Source: Hemiscyllium ocellatum
Lineage: Eukaryota
NCBI RefSeq assembly: GCF_020745735.1
Contig: NC_083402.1
Span: 7,130,001 to 7,194,000 of the forward strand
DNA: 64,000 bases
Reading direction: 5' to 3'
A program made the translations under genes and the position numbers. Below are positions 1-13,100 of this stretch, in pieces; position 1 is the first letter of the stretch, and each line of letters opens with the position of its first letter. Below the pieces are notes generated by a model that saw only the letters and a program-made list of their open reading frames with translations, did no database searches and was not told the origin of the DNA.

Positions 1-1400
1 GAACCATCTTGTCTCATCAACATATAAGCCTCCTTCTTCCACTTAACAAGAGATGCAATTTCTGTAGTAAACCATGGTTCTCTTACCTTCTCACTTCCTC
101 CCTGCCTGACAGGGACATACCTATCAAGGACATTCAATATTTATTCCTTAAACCAGCTCCACATTTCCATTGTCCCCATCCCCTGTATTTTGCTACCCCA
201 TTCTATGCATCCTAGTCTAGTCACATTATAATTGTCCGTGCCCCATTGATAATTCTTGACCTGTGGCATGTACCTATCCCTTTCCATTGCTAAACTAAAC
301 ACAACTGAATTATGGTCACTCTCCAAAGTGCTCACCTACAATTAAATCAAAGACCTGGCCTGGTTCATTACCAAGCACCAGATCCAGTATAGCCTCCCCT
401 CTTGTCGGCCCTTCTACAACTTGTGTCAGGAAACCCTCCTGTACACATTGGACAAAAACGGATCCATCCGGTCAATGTTGGTGAAGTTAAAGTCCCCCAT
501 AATGACCACCCTGTTCCTTTCACTCCTCTCCAGAAACAATTTTCCAATCCTCTCTTCTACCTCCTGGGAACTCTGTGGAGGCCTATTAAAAAACTACAAG
601 CAGTGTGACCTCTCCTCTCCTGTTTCTAATCTCAGCCTATACTATCTCAATAGATGCATCCTCATCAAAAGTTCTTTCAGCCACCATTATACTTTCCTTG
701 ACGAACAAGGCTACACCTCTCCATCTTTTACCGCCTTGCCTGTTCTTAATAAAAGATCTAAACACTGGACCCTGCAACATCATTCCTCACCCTGCTCAAT
801 CCAAGTCTCCAAAATGGCCACTTCATCAAAGTCCCAAATCTATGCTGCAAGCTCACCTATCTAATTATGGAGACTCCTGGCGTTGAAGTAGACACACTTC
901 AAACCAGTTTGCTGTCTGCCAGCACACTCCTGTGACCGTGATATCCTGTCTATGTCCTCCCTACTCACATCCTCCTGTGCATTGAAACTACACCTCAGGG
1001 TCCCATCCCCCTGCTGAGCTAGTTTAAACCCATCCGAATAGCACCAGCAAATTTCCTACCCAGGATATTAGTACCCCTCTGGTTCAAGTGAAGTCTGTCC
1101 TGTTTGTAGAGGTCTCACCTTCCCCAGAATGAGCTTCAATTATCCATATACCTGAAACCTCGCTCCTGCATCATCCCTGCAGCCTCGTGTTCAGCTAATA
1201 TCTCTCCAGGTTCCTCGCCTCTCTATCACGTGGCACAGGTAACAAACCAGCGAAAATAACTCTGTTTGTTCTAGCTCTCAGCTTCTACCCTGGCTCCCTA
1301 AAATCCTGCCTTACATCCCTATCCCTCTTTCTATCTATGTTGTTGGTACCTACATGGATCACGACTTGGAGCTGGTCACACTCTCCCTTCAGGACCCCAT
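1..1400 (-). mobile_element. Degraded CR1 LINE fragment (end of ORF1, endonuclease region)
   Basis: Minus strand encodes a VIIMGDFN-like APE motif near 485-505 and VHVGT-like ORF1 residues near 1345-1360. Confidence 0.75.
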
Positions 1401-1479
1401 GCTTGCCCTCATCGGTCTGGGCATTGACTCTCAAGGTTGGCAAGTCATGTTAGGCCATATTTGTACCATTGGCTGCAGT

Positions 1480-1935
1480 TTTGTTCTCCACACTATAGGA
1501 AGGATGTGGAGGCTTTAAACAAGGTGCAAAAGAGGTTTCTCAGGATGTTACCCCCTGGATTGGACTGTATTAGCTGAAAGGAGGGGTTGGACAAACTTGG
1601 ATTACTTTTGGTAGACCATCAGAGACTGAGGAGGTGACCTGATTGAAGTGCTTCAATTTATAAGAGACATGGGCAGTTTGGATAGCTGGAGTCTTTTTCC
1701 AAAGGTGGAAATGTCAAATTCTGGAAGCCATAGGTTTAAGGTGAGAATGGGAAGTTTAAAGAAAATGTGTGAGGAAAGTTTTTTATGCACAAGTTGGTCA
1801 GTGCCGAGAAGGCACAGCCAGGGGAGTTGATAGAAGCAGAAATGTTCACAACATTTCAGAGGCATTTGGACAGACACATGAACAGATAGGAAATAGAGGA
1901 ATATGGACAATGTGCAGGCTGATGGGATCATTTCA
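1480..1935 (+). mobile_element. CR1 3' fragment
   Basis: HYRKDVEAL..VQKRF..ML-like C-terminal CR1 sequence with frameshifts. Confidence 0.75.
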
Positions 1936-2769
1936 GAACAGCATCATGGTCAGCACAGGCATCATGATAGTCAGAATAGTTTTCCCAGAGTTGAAATGTA
2001 TAAGTGCAGAGTGAGAACTCAAGGCTTTGCAGCAGCAGGGAGAGGGCTGTATCTCCCAGCTTCAGTTCCAAACCCCAACTTTAACAACTGAATGGGGAAC
2101 TAAAACCCGAGGCCTGTATGAGCATGACTCCACCCACTCATGCCTTTTTTGTCTAATTTTTAAAAAAATCTGTTTACTTTGCTTTCTATGGAGCAGACAT
2201 CTTGCCACAGGTTTACAACACATATCTTCAAGAGAAACAGGACAGAACAGATCTCCCTTAAAGGCACATATCGTCACAGCAGTGAAGAGTGAGCAAGGTA
2301 TCAACAGGCTTTGGAGCAGACAGGCTGGTGAAATGGCCAGACAAATGAAAATTAACATTAGGAAATGTGAAGTGACACATAATGATAGGAAGAAGTTATG
2401 CCACAGATCACCCCAGATCTCATTGTATGCAAGAACTGTCTTCAAAGGCTGAATGTCCTACTCCTGTTCCTATGTTCTGAAGAATGACAGAGATGATATA
2501 ACTGAAATGATACAACTTTACAGGAACAAAAGGCTCCTGGAAGTGCATTCCTAGTAGACTCGCCAACCTTAAGGGCATTTATATGGTCATTGGATAAACA
2601 TATAGATGGAAATGAAATAGTGTTGGATAGATGGGCTTCACATATGTTTGACAGGTTGGTGGAATATCGAGGGCAGAAGGGCCTGTAGTGTGCTGTATTG
2701 TTCTATGTTCTAAAGTTCAAAAATGGTCATCCTGAATGATGGAACAGGTTTGAGAAGCTTAATGGTCTA

Positions 2770-5700
2770 CATCTGTTCATATTTCTAATGGTCATATTTT
2801 TCATTTTCGATAGGACCACATAGTGTGTTAGAAACATCCAGGAGAGATGAGATTGGATCAGATGGGATTTTGATTCCTGGGGAGAGTTGACTGGAAACAA
2901 CAGCAGAGAGAGTGAGAGGAACACAGAGCAAAATATTAGCAGGTTCAGGGAATGAGAACAGATTTAGGTAGATTCTTTTTATCCTTGCAAGGCACGTGGG
3001 TCTCACAGGCAAGGCCAGCGTTTGTTGCCCATCCCTGAACACCCTTGAAGTGAGAGGCTTGCTTGGTCATTTCAGAGGGCAGCAGGTCAGAGTCAGACAC
3101 ATTGCATTCAATCGCTCCTAAAAGGACACACTGATGTTTGAAATGGGGATTTGAAGTCACCTGTAAGCCACATTGGGTAAAGATGGTCACTTAGCTTCCC
3201 TGAAGGATATTAGTAAACTAGATGTTTTTGTTTTACAACAATTGATGACAGATGATCACCATTATGGAGATTAAGTTTCAAATGCAAATTTAATAATTAA
3301 ATGTAAATTCTACAAGTTGCCACGATAAGAATTGAACCTCCCCTTTCCAGAGCACGAATCTGATCCTCACGTTCCCTGCAGCAGCCCAGCTACTGGGAGT
3401 CATTTGAGATTTGTGACACCCAACCGGACTCTTTTCCTTCAATCATTCAGAAGCAGCAGACAGACTGACCGTGAACAACTCGAGACAGCAAGGACTGAGC
3501 CTAGCCAGTTACTAAGCCAGATAATTTAGGAAATCGGAACTGGTTATTGTCCAAGACTTCTTCTGGAGTCAGTGACTGAGGAGAGGGTTTTTAACTCCAC
3601 TGCTCTCTCACTAATCTAAAGAGCCTGATCAGCTCCCTTTTTGGAATGGTACAACACAGGAATTTCAAGCCAAACCAAATCCACCGAGTTCTGGATTCCC
3701 CACACAATGAACAGCAAACATTCGTTGATCTTCGAATTTGCTGTATTGTTGTAAATGAAACATTACAGACAACAGATTTTGGACATCAAGTTTTTAATCG
3801 AAATTAACAATCTAATGTTGCAAACTTAACCTACCAGAGCACAGATAAACTATAAGGCAATGTAATTAATATGCACCATGTGAGCCCAAACCTCTTTGAT
3901 CCTAAACATCCAATCAGACATCACACACAGACACACAGACTCATCACATGATTGTAAGGGAAAAGTTAAAACATAAAATATAAAGAATTGTAATTTTGTA
4001 GCTTAATGACCATTTTAACAATAAATGCCTTCTCAAAAATTTTGAATAATTGGTTATATTACAGGCACATGGATCTGCAAATATTGCTTGAACTCCACAG
4101 TCACTGGTCAATGCAAACAGCTTCTGTAGACCTTTGGAGACTTTTTACATTTCAGACTAGGAGTCTTATCTCAGATCTTTCAGCAAGTCAATGACTGGAG
4201 AACATCTAGAGAGAGAGAAACCAAAGGAAAGCCCTGGTTGAGAAGCTTCCAAAACAAAGTTGCACTCTCCCCCATTCTGTGAACCACTAAGCCCAACTCT
4301 CCTCCCACGTCCACCATGTACCAAGTCAGAACCACTTCACTGTTATTTACTTTTATTCTGAACATTCTCTGTGCCTGGCTGGTCAGCACCAATTCTGCCG
4401 TGATTAACCAAATCAACATGCAACGAGTGGCCAGTAACGAAGCTTAGCAACATCTCGGTTCATCTACAGTGTCCTTGAGCAGTAATTAACCTGCTATTAG
4501 GTGCTCCAAGGCAGCTGATGCCTCTGCTCCCTGCTGATGTGGAGAGTCTGCCTCAGTGCTGATAGTACTTATCAAGGATCAAAGGACACTTGGGAAGGGG
4601 CAAAACATGACCTATCCTTGTGAAATAGTATCAAAACCGGTTCACAGGTTTAAGCTCTAAATTGGGGCAGGCCAATTTTAATGGAATTGCATGGAGCTTG
4701 CAGGGGATGATTGGAGTTGTTTGTTTGCAGGCAAAGGAACCTCTGGCAAGTGGGAGGCCTTTAAAAGTGAGACAGCTACAGTTCAAGATCAATGTGCCCC
4801 TGTGAGGGTGAAGGCCATGGCTAGCAGGGATAGGGAACCCTGGATGACAAGAGATATTGAGGCTTTGACCAGAAAAAAGGAGGCATAGCTCAGGTACAGG
4901 CAGCTGAATTCAAGGGAATCCATGGAGGTATACAGGAACTACAGGATTTTACTGAAGAAGAAAATCAGGAGGGTGAAAAGGGGGCATGAGAAAACATTCA
5001 CTGAGAAGATTAAGATGAATTCAAAAAGATACTGTTAGTATATTAAATGAAAAAAGAATAATTAGAGAGATGATAGGGCTCCTCAAGGACCAAAGTGGAC
5101 AGGTATGTATAGAACCACAAGAAATGGGTGAGGTTATCATTGAATATTTCCCCTGTGTTTACCTTGGAGAAAGACATGAAGACTTGGGAACTTGGGGAAG
5201 TTAGTAGTGGTATCTTGCCAAAATTCCATATCACTATAATAGAGGTGTTGGACATATTGGAATGTATGAAGGTGGATAAATCTCCTGGTCCTGACCAGAT
5301 ATGCCCAAGAATACTGCAAAAGGCTAGAGAAGAAATTGCAGGGGCCCTGTCTGGTGTTTTTGCATCATCATTAGCCACGGGTGAGGTCCCAGAGATTAGA
5401 GAGTAGTGAACATTGAGCCCTTATTCAAGAAGTGTTGCAAAGGAAAACCTGGGAATGATGTGCCAGGAAGCCTAATGTCTGTGGCGGGTAGGTTTCTTGA
5501 GAAGATTATGAGGGATAAGATATACATGCATTTGGAAAGACAGGGTTTGTCAGCATGGCTTTGTGAATGGGAGATCATGCCTCACAAATTCGTTCAAGTT
5601 CTTTGATGAAGTGACCAGGAAGGTTTACAAGGGCAGGGTGGTAGATGCAGTCTATGTGGATTTCAGTAAGGCCTTTGATAAGGTTCCACATGGTAGGCTG

Positions 5701-6720
5701 CTCTGGAAGGTTAGATTGCATGGAATGTAAGGTGAGTTGGCAAATTGGATACAAAATTGGCTTGATGGTAGGAAGCAGAGGGTAATAGTGGAAGGATGTT
5801 TGTCAGATTGGAGGCCTATGACTAGTAGAGTGCCTCAGGAGTCGATGCTGGTGAAAAAGCTATTTGTTATCTATATCAATGATTTGGATGAGAATGTATA
5901 AGGTCTGATCAATAAGTTTGCTGATGACTCCAAGACAGGCGGTATCTTGGACAGTGAGGACAGTTATCAGAAAGTGCAGCAGGACCTTGATCAGCTGGGG
6001 ACATGGGCCGAGAAAGGCAAATGGAGTTTAATATAGATAAATGTGAGGTCTTGCATTTTGGAAAGTCAAATCAAGGCAGGAGTGTCACAGTGAATGGTAG
6101 GGCCTTAAGGAGTGAAGTGGAATGGAGGGATGTAGGAGTTCAGGTTCATAGTTCTCTAAAATTGGAGTCATAGGTAGACAGGGCAGTGAAGGCAGCTTTT
6201 GGAACACTGGACAAATACACGGATAGGGAAGGATTAGAAGGATATGGGCCAAGTGCAGGGAAATGGGGTTAGCGTGGATGGACATTTTGGTCACCATGGA
6301 TCAGTTTGGGCCTGAGGGCCTGTTTCCGTGCTGTAGAACTCTATGATTCCACAACAAAGGAAACATCTCAAAGACTCCAGAAAGATTTCCTTCAAGAAAT
6401 ATATGTCAATGAATGGGAAATTCTCATTCAAAAGAAACTGCCTTGGAGGAAACTCCTTTATGAAGGGACATGATTTGTTGGGAATAGCCATCAGCAGAAG
6501 AAGTATGGAAAAGGAACTGGAGAAATGAATGTCAATGGTATCAAGGCCATAGACCTCCTGAAAACACCTGTCAAATGTGTGGTTGGAGAAGTGGATCTTG
6601 GATTGGGTTCATCAGTGACGTAATGACTCACAGAACCAATAATCAGTGACATGGGATTTCCTTAGTAGATGACCTTACTCATTAGATGGTCATTGCTGAT
6701 GATCTTTCCAAGCTAGATTC
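2770..6720. repeat. Old paralogous segment, left copy (interrupted by a CR1 at 4660-6350)
   Basis: Collinear with ~60770-63600, e.g. gcagcagacagactg..ctcgagacagcaaggac and ctcattcaaaagaaactg..; includes a shared RTE 3' remnant. Confidence 0.8.
4660..6350 (+). mobile_element. Degraded CR1 LINE (RT region to 3' tail)
   Basis: KSPGPDQI.P, DFSKAFDKVPH and KFADD-like motifs; ORFs at 4691, 5128, 5406. Confidence 0.85.
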
Positions 6721-7119
6721 TAACAGCAAACATTTCCCATTTGTTCTCTCCTCTTTTGTGAAACAAGCTGCTGTTCAAAATTAAAATTCAATTCTCAACT
6801 TTAAATCAGTTCCATAACTGAGGAACAATTAGAAAAATCAAAGAAAAATAGCGATAGTGTCAACAGTAATCACATTGCTTTTCATTTGGTTACATTGATG
6901 GTAGGAAAGTTAGAAAGTTCATCAATCAGGGGAGACAACCCTTGCAGTCAATATATAACCTGAACAGTGAGAGTGGCAGTCTGTCACTACATGTCTATCT
7001 AAGATTCCCATTGTATTGATGCTTCACATTCTCTCTGTAACAATATCTGAAATAGACATTGATTGGTCAGTTAGAGTACAGCCAGTACCTGGACTAGACG
7101 ACTGTTAAGCCTGAGCAGT

Positions 7120-7150
7120 CTAAAGAACGCTGGACAAATCTGGATCATTC
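7120..7150 (-). CDS. Candidate terminal coding exon (R)NDPDLSSVL*
   Basis: Strong acceptor gctctttgtatgtttttcag|; phase 2 fits the preceding exon. May be an alternative rather than the main last exon. Confidence 0.4.
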
Positions 7151-10100
7151 CTGAAAAACATACAAAGAGCATGAATATACCAAAGAAGCAAATGGCAAAA
7201 CCCAGCTCGCAGTAAAAAGCATCATGTGTTTTTTTGATAATTCAGGTCATGGGTGTCGCTGACTGATCGTGATTAACCTTGAGAAGGTGGTGGTGAAATG
7301 TCGCTGGGTCTAGGTTCTGGAATTCCCTCCCTAAGGGCATTGTGGCTCTACCTACAGCACACAGACTGCAAAAGTTCAAGAAGTTAACTTACCACCATCT
7401 TCTCAAGGGCAACTAGGGATGGGCAGTAAATGCTGGCCTAGCTAGAGATGCCCATGTTCCTCAGTGAATAAAAACGATGTTGAGATTTAGACACAAATCA
7501 CCCATCTCACCCTTGAATGATACATTACTGGAAACAGTCTTAATTTGCCACCCGTAGAATTCACAGTTTAGTCAGCAGCTGTAACACAGGGAGGGTTGCA
7601 GAAACTGTCAGGAATCACAGTGACAAACAAATGATTCCCAGGCAACTCTAGGTCACCTTTGTTCAGTTAGTCACAGGGCAGGGATGGAGGATGTTGGAGG
7701 TGAGAGGAAAATTCCTGCAGGGGCTTCTCATCTGCTGTAACTTTGGAGGATGTTACAGGGCATGGAAATCTTGGAAAGCTGAGAATGATCAGGAAAAGAC
7801 ATCCCCACCCAATGGAAATTCAGCTGCTTGGAGAACAAGGGAGAAAATGCTAAGTTTCACAAAACTTCAATTTTGCACTCAGCACTCACTGTAAGTGATA
7901 AAATTTTAATCTTTCCCTCCATAAAACGTTAATTAGAATTCAAACGATCGACTGTGCTGAAGATGAGCAACATTTTAATTTTGCACGAGGGTGAATTACA
8001 GGTTAATTTGGGAAAGGGCAATCGCAGGTGAATCTGGAGGTGGAGATTTTCAAACAACTGGAAATTGACAAATTCTGCCCAGTAACAATGTACTCTCATT
8101 TACCTCTCAGTCTGTTAAAACCAGTTTCCCACTCTGCGTGTTTGAGCAGTTTCCCAAAAGGCTAAACCACGTTAGTAACTCATAAGCAATGGGCTGCATT
8201 CTGTCTGTGAGCAAGAGCGTTCAATTCAACCCTGAACCAGAACATTTCTGCCACCATGCTTGTATGAATGATTAATTACCCTACCTTCTTGAAAATGTGG
8301 TCAGCTCAATTTGTCGTGAAAACCCTAAAGAGACAAAAGTGATTGTTAAATGTTTTGTTGTGTTATGAACAAATTTGCTATATTGTTTCCACAGTTGAAA
8401 GTGTTTCAAGCAAAACCATGATTTCTCGACCATCTACACAAGTTGCACCGTTTGCACAGATCTCTCGAATGTTTTGTGATACCTACAATCTTTATTCAAG
8501 TGTGTCTGACATAGCTCAGTCCAAGATCTGCAATTGACCAAGTCAGATTAGAGCGTTTTAAGGTGATCAGTGGGGACAAAGGATCAAATGCAGGAAGGTG
8601 TTTTGCCTCAAAGAGCAGAGACAAGGGTAAGAGAGAATATTATTATAATCCCAGTTATTACTGGACAAGTCACACCCAGACAGAACCTAACTTGCTAGAT
8701 AATATTTAGATTTTTGTTGGTTTATAATGGAATTGTCTCTCTGTGAAAGATAAGCACAATACTACTCATATTGCTTTAGTGTAAAACAGAAGTTTATTCA
8801 GAAAAAAAATGGGGAGGCATGGTGGTACTGTGGTTAGCACTGCTGCCTCACAGCACCAGAGACGCGGGTTCAATTCCCACCACAGGCAAATGTCTGTGTG
8901 AAGTTTACACATTCTCCCCGTGTCTGCGTGGATTTCCTCCCATAGTCTAAAGATGTGCAGGTCAGGTGAATTGGCCATTGTAAATTGTCTGTAGTATTAG
9001 CTGAAGGGGTAAATGTAGGGGAATGGGTCTGGGTGGATTGCTCTTCTTAGAGTTGGTGTGGAGTTGTTGGGCCAAAGGGCCTGTTTCTGTACGGTAAGTA
9101 ATCTAATAAACCAAGCTATCTACTTCTGATGCAAATTTAAAGATGAAAGCATCATCTGATTAATGCCAAAACACTGCTCTGTAAAACAATTAAAAGCAGT
9201 TTCATTCCACCCAAAACTCTTCACTGGTACAGTACCCAAAACACACACATCGTACCGAAAAACACCAACTGTGCAATACTCAAACCACAATTCCTGTTTC
9301 TATCACTTCAGTAGATTTAAGCCATTGCAATTTCAATTTATAGACTGAAGATGGACATAGTTCTTCCTGGAATTAGATACAGCTGAGTTTAAATGAACTC
9401 AGTTTTAAGTAAACACTTTGGTGTTTCATCGCAACGAAACAGTGGTCTGTTACTAACATTACCTCTTTACATTAAGGTAAAGTAGTTCAGTATATCCTTC
9501 CTTTCTCAGGAACAGGCCTGCTCAAACACAGAGGTAGAAAGTGAGGACTGCAGATGCTGGAGATCAGAGTTGAGAGGGTGGTGCTGGAAAAATACAGCAG
9601 GTCAGGCAGCATCTGAGGGCTGGAGAATCAATGTTTTGGGCATATGCCCTTCCTGATGAAGGGCTCATTCCTGAAACATCGATTCTCCTGCTCCTCAGAT
9701 GCTGCCGGACCTGCTGTACCTTTTCAGCACCACACTGCTCAAACACAGAATGAAACTAAAAAAAACCCTCTTCCTCCAAACTATTTTTGCAGCTTTAACA
9801 AAAACAAGTTCCAGAGATCTCTAACAAATCTTGAGGACCCATTATTTATCTTACTGAACCATAAAACAGTCTAAGTTAAACAATAATCCATCAATTCTAA
9901 AGCTAGGCCTCAAAATAAGCTGTTCTTAGAAGAAATCACCATGTCTACAGCAATACTAACAGGCCAGTTATTAACCTTAAACATGCAGAAAATCCACGAG
10001 ACAACTTTAAAAAAACCTCAAATTTAGAACAAATAATATTGAATACAGCAAGCTGATTGGGAGGATGAACTGTGAAGAGGATACAGAGATAATTCAGTGC

Positions 10101-13100
10101 AATTTGGACAAGTTCAGTCAAATGCGTTACAGTTGAAAAATAACGTATTAAGTATGAGGTTATCCACTTTGGTAGCAAAGTCAGGAACAAGACAATTTGC
10201 CAGAATTCCCTAGGTCCAGGAAAGGTCCCATTCCATTCAAAAATTATGAATGTACCTCCTTTATTCAAAAAGAGGAGGAGACAGAGAGCAGGAAATGATA
10301 GGACAGAGTGAAAATGTTAGAAGCTAATATTGAACACATTATAGCAGGTCACATCGCTGAAATAAAATAAAAGAGAAAAGAAAACATTAGGATAGACTGT
10401 GCATATATTTTTCGAAGGCCTTTAATAATGTAGAAAATAGGAACAGGAGTAGGCCATTCAGCCCTTTGTGTATGCTTTAATATTCAATATGATCATGATT
10501 GATCATCCATTTCATGACCTTGTTCCTGCTTTCTCCTCATACCATTTGATTAATTTAGCCTGAAGAACTGCACCCAACTCCTTCTTAAAAACACTCAATA
10601 TTTTGGCCTCATCTGCTTTCTGTGGCAGAGAATTCCATAGGCTCACCATGTTTTGGGTGAAGGAATTTCTCCTCATCTCAATCCTAAATGACATACCCCA
10701 TATTGTTAGACAGTGACCTTTGGTTCATGACTGCCCAGTTATTGGGAACATCTTTCCAGCATTTACCGTGTCTAGTCTTGTTAAAATTTCATACGTTTCC
10801 CTGAGATTACCCACCTTGTTCTTCTTAGCCCCAGTGCAGTCAATCCTGGAATCAGTTCAACAAACCTGCATTGCACTCCCCCGCTCGCCATAAAATCCTT
10901 CCTCAAATAAGGAGACCAAAGCCTCACACAATACTCCAGGTATGGCCTCACCAAGGCCCTATACAATTGCAGTAAAGCATTCCTGCTGCTGTACTCAAAT
11001 CCTGTCAGTCTGAAGCCAAAATGCAACTGACAGAGATAGGGAGGGAGAGAACGTGAAGATAAAGATAGCAATTTGAACTTCGCAAGATGACATCATAGAG
11101 CTCAGGAGTCTGAGGTCTACAACATTGCTGAGATATCCTGGATGTTCAATTTGATCAGCCAGTGCAAAGATAGATCAGGAGGGCAGCCCCAAAACAGATC
11201 AGTGCCTGAACATTGCACCCACTGCATAGGCCCAAAGAGGAGTCCATGTTACCATTCCACCCTCGATATAGCTCTGTTACTCAGACTATCTACTTTTGTG
11301 CAGCAAACTCTCCAAATCTATTTTAACAATAAAAACACATAAGGTACATAGAACATAGAACATAGAACAGTACAGCACGGAACAGGCCCTTCAGCCCACG
11401 ATGTTGTGCCGATCACTGATCCTCATGTATGCACCCCAAAATTTCTGTGACTATTTAATTTGAATTGAAGCCTCCTTTCTGTTTAATTGAGATTCTGTAC
11501 TGAGTGGGAATGAATGGAAAAGGTGAGGTCTGTTGGGATTTTGTTAAATGGGATTGAATGAAAAGACATTTTGGTGCATTGAGATTTGACAGTAATAGGG
11601 AGTAGAATGGGGATTGATCCAGAGTTCAATAGAATGGGTTTGAATGGCCTTGCTTGTGAAACAGCCTCAGTGTTCAATCACTCATGGGAAAGGTCAAACA
11701 GGAGACAGATACTAGAAAGTGGCTGATGCTATCAACCAGGCCAACTTCATCCACCCTCCACCACACACTATAATCAAAGCCAGTTTTTAATGAATGTATT
11801 GAAGAGGATAGTGAGGGAAATTTTATGTAGAGTCATCATTTGTTGCTGTTTCAAAAACAGAACCATATTGTTTTATTAACCTCATTCCCTACAGAACCCA
11901 CCTCCTGTCTTCCTGAAGGTGATGCAGATGATGACATTGATGATGATAAGGAGGATGATTAGCAATGGCATTGCCAGCGGATATACAGTGGTGGGCTCAG
12001 TCTTCTTCACTGTAAAACAGCAAGAATAGCATTGGTCACTAATATCTCAGTGTTGCTGCAGTGAAACCTGTAGCAGGGTTACAGAGCATGAGATTAACTG
12101 TACAATATGGACATTCTCTGATGGAGCAATTCAGTTAGTCTGTCTCCCCCGTCCTTCCCCATAATCCTCTAACTTGCTCCTTTCCAAATACTTACCCACT
12201 TGATTCTGAAAGCTCCCCTAATTGAATCTGTTTTCACCGCCCTTTCAGATAGTGCATTACAGATCAGAAAAATTCCTGAAGGAGGCAGCTGCTTAATTCT
12301 GTGACACAGTATATAAGGTTAGTCGATTTTCATTGATTCCTCTCTCATGCCCCTGTAATTATCTTTACTTAACTATCATACCATTACATCCAATTTTGCC
12401 TTCTCTATTTCAAACTGCAGACTGAACTCGACCATCATATGATCGCTGCCTCCTAAGTGTAACCTTACTTTAAGATCGCTTTATAAGGTTCTGGCCCATT
12501 TCATAGCACTAAGTCCAGAATAGCCTGCTCCCTTGTGGGCTCCGCCACAAGCTGTTCCAAAAAGCCATCCTGTAAGCATTCCATGAGTTCCCTTTCTTTG
12601 GATCCACCAGCAACATGAGAAACCATAAGTTATTGTATATATTGGGGGGAATTGCATAGTTAGGAAAAAGATTAATATTTCACAGAGTGAATATAAGAGG
12701 TTAAGTAGAGATTGAAAAAAAACACAGATCCTCAAAAATTTAATTGGAGTAAGGAACATTTTAGTGTATGAGACAAAAACTTTATAAATTTGATTGGGTA
12801 GACTGTTCAGGCAAAGAGATGTCTGATAAGTGGGAGGCTTTCAAATGTGTGATGAGAGTTTAGAATTACTATGTTCCTGTTAGATTAAATGGTAAAGATG
12901 GCAGGATTAGAGAACAATAGATGAATAAAGATACTGAGGTTCTAGTCAAGCACAAAAAAGAATCATACCTTAGATACAAACAACTGGGTTCAAATGAATC
13001 CCTTGCACAATATAAAGAGTGTAAGGGCATTCTGAAGATGGATATCGGTAAGTCAAAGATAATATATGAGATAGCCTTGACAGTTAGGGGTTAGGATAAT

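Noticed and set aside
8104-8111. 8-nt micro-exon actgagag
   Set aside because: Poor acceptor context; it would shift the next exon into an implausible frame.
8483-8527. 45-nt phase-1 candidate exon DLGLSYVRHT*
   Set aside because: Weak pyrimidine tract, weak donor, in-frame stop; the Tyr does not fit an ITIM.
8811-8885. tRNA-like A/B boxes (also 33975-34048, 51294-51370, 59780-59850)
   Set aside because: They are SINE heads continuing into the V-core, not tRNA genes.
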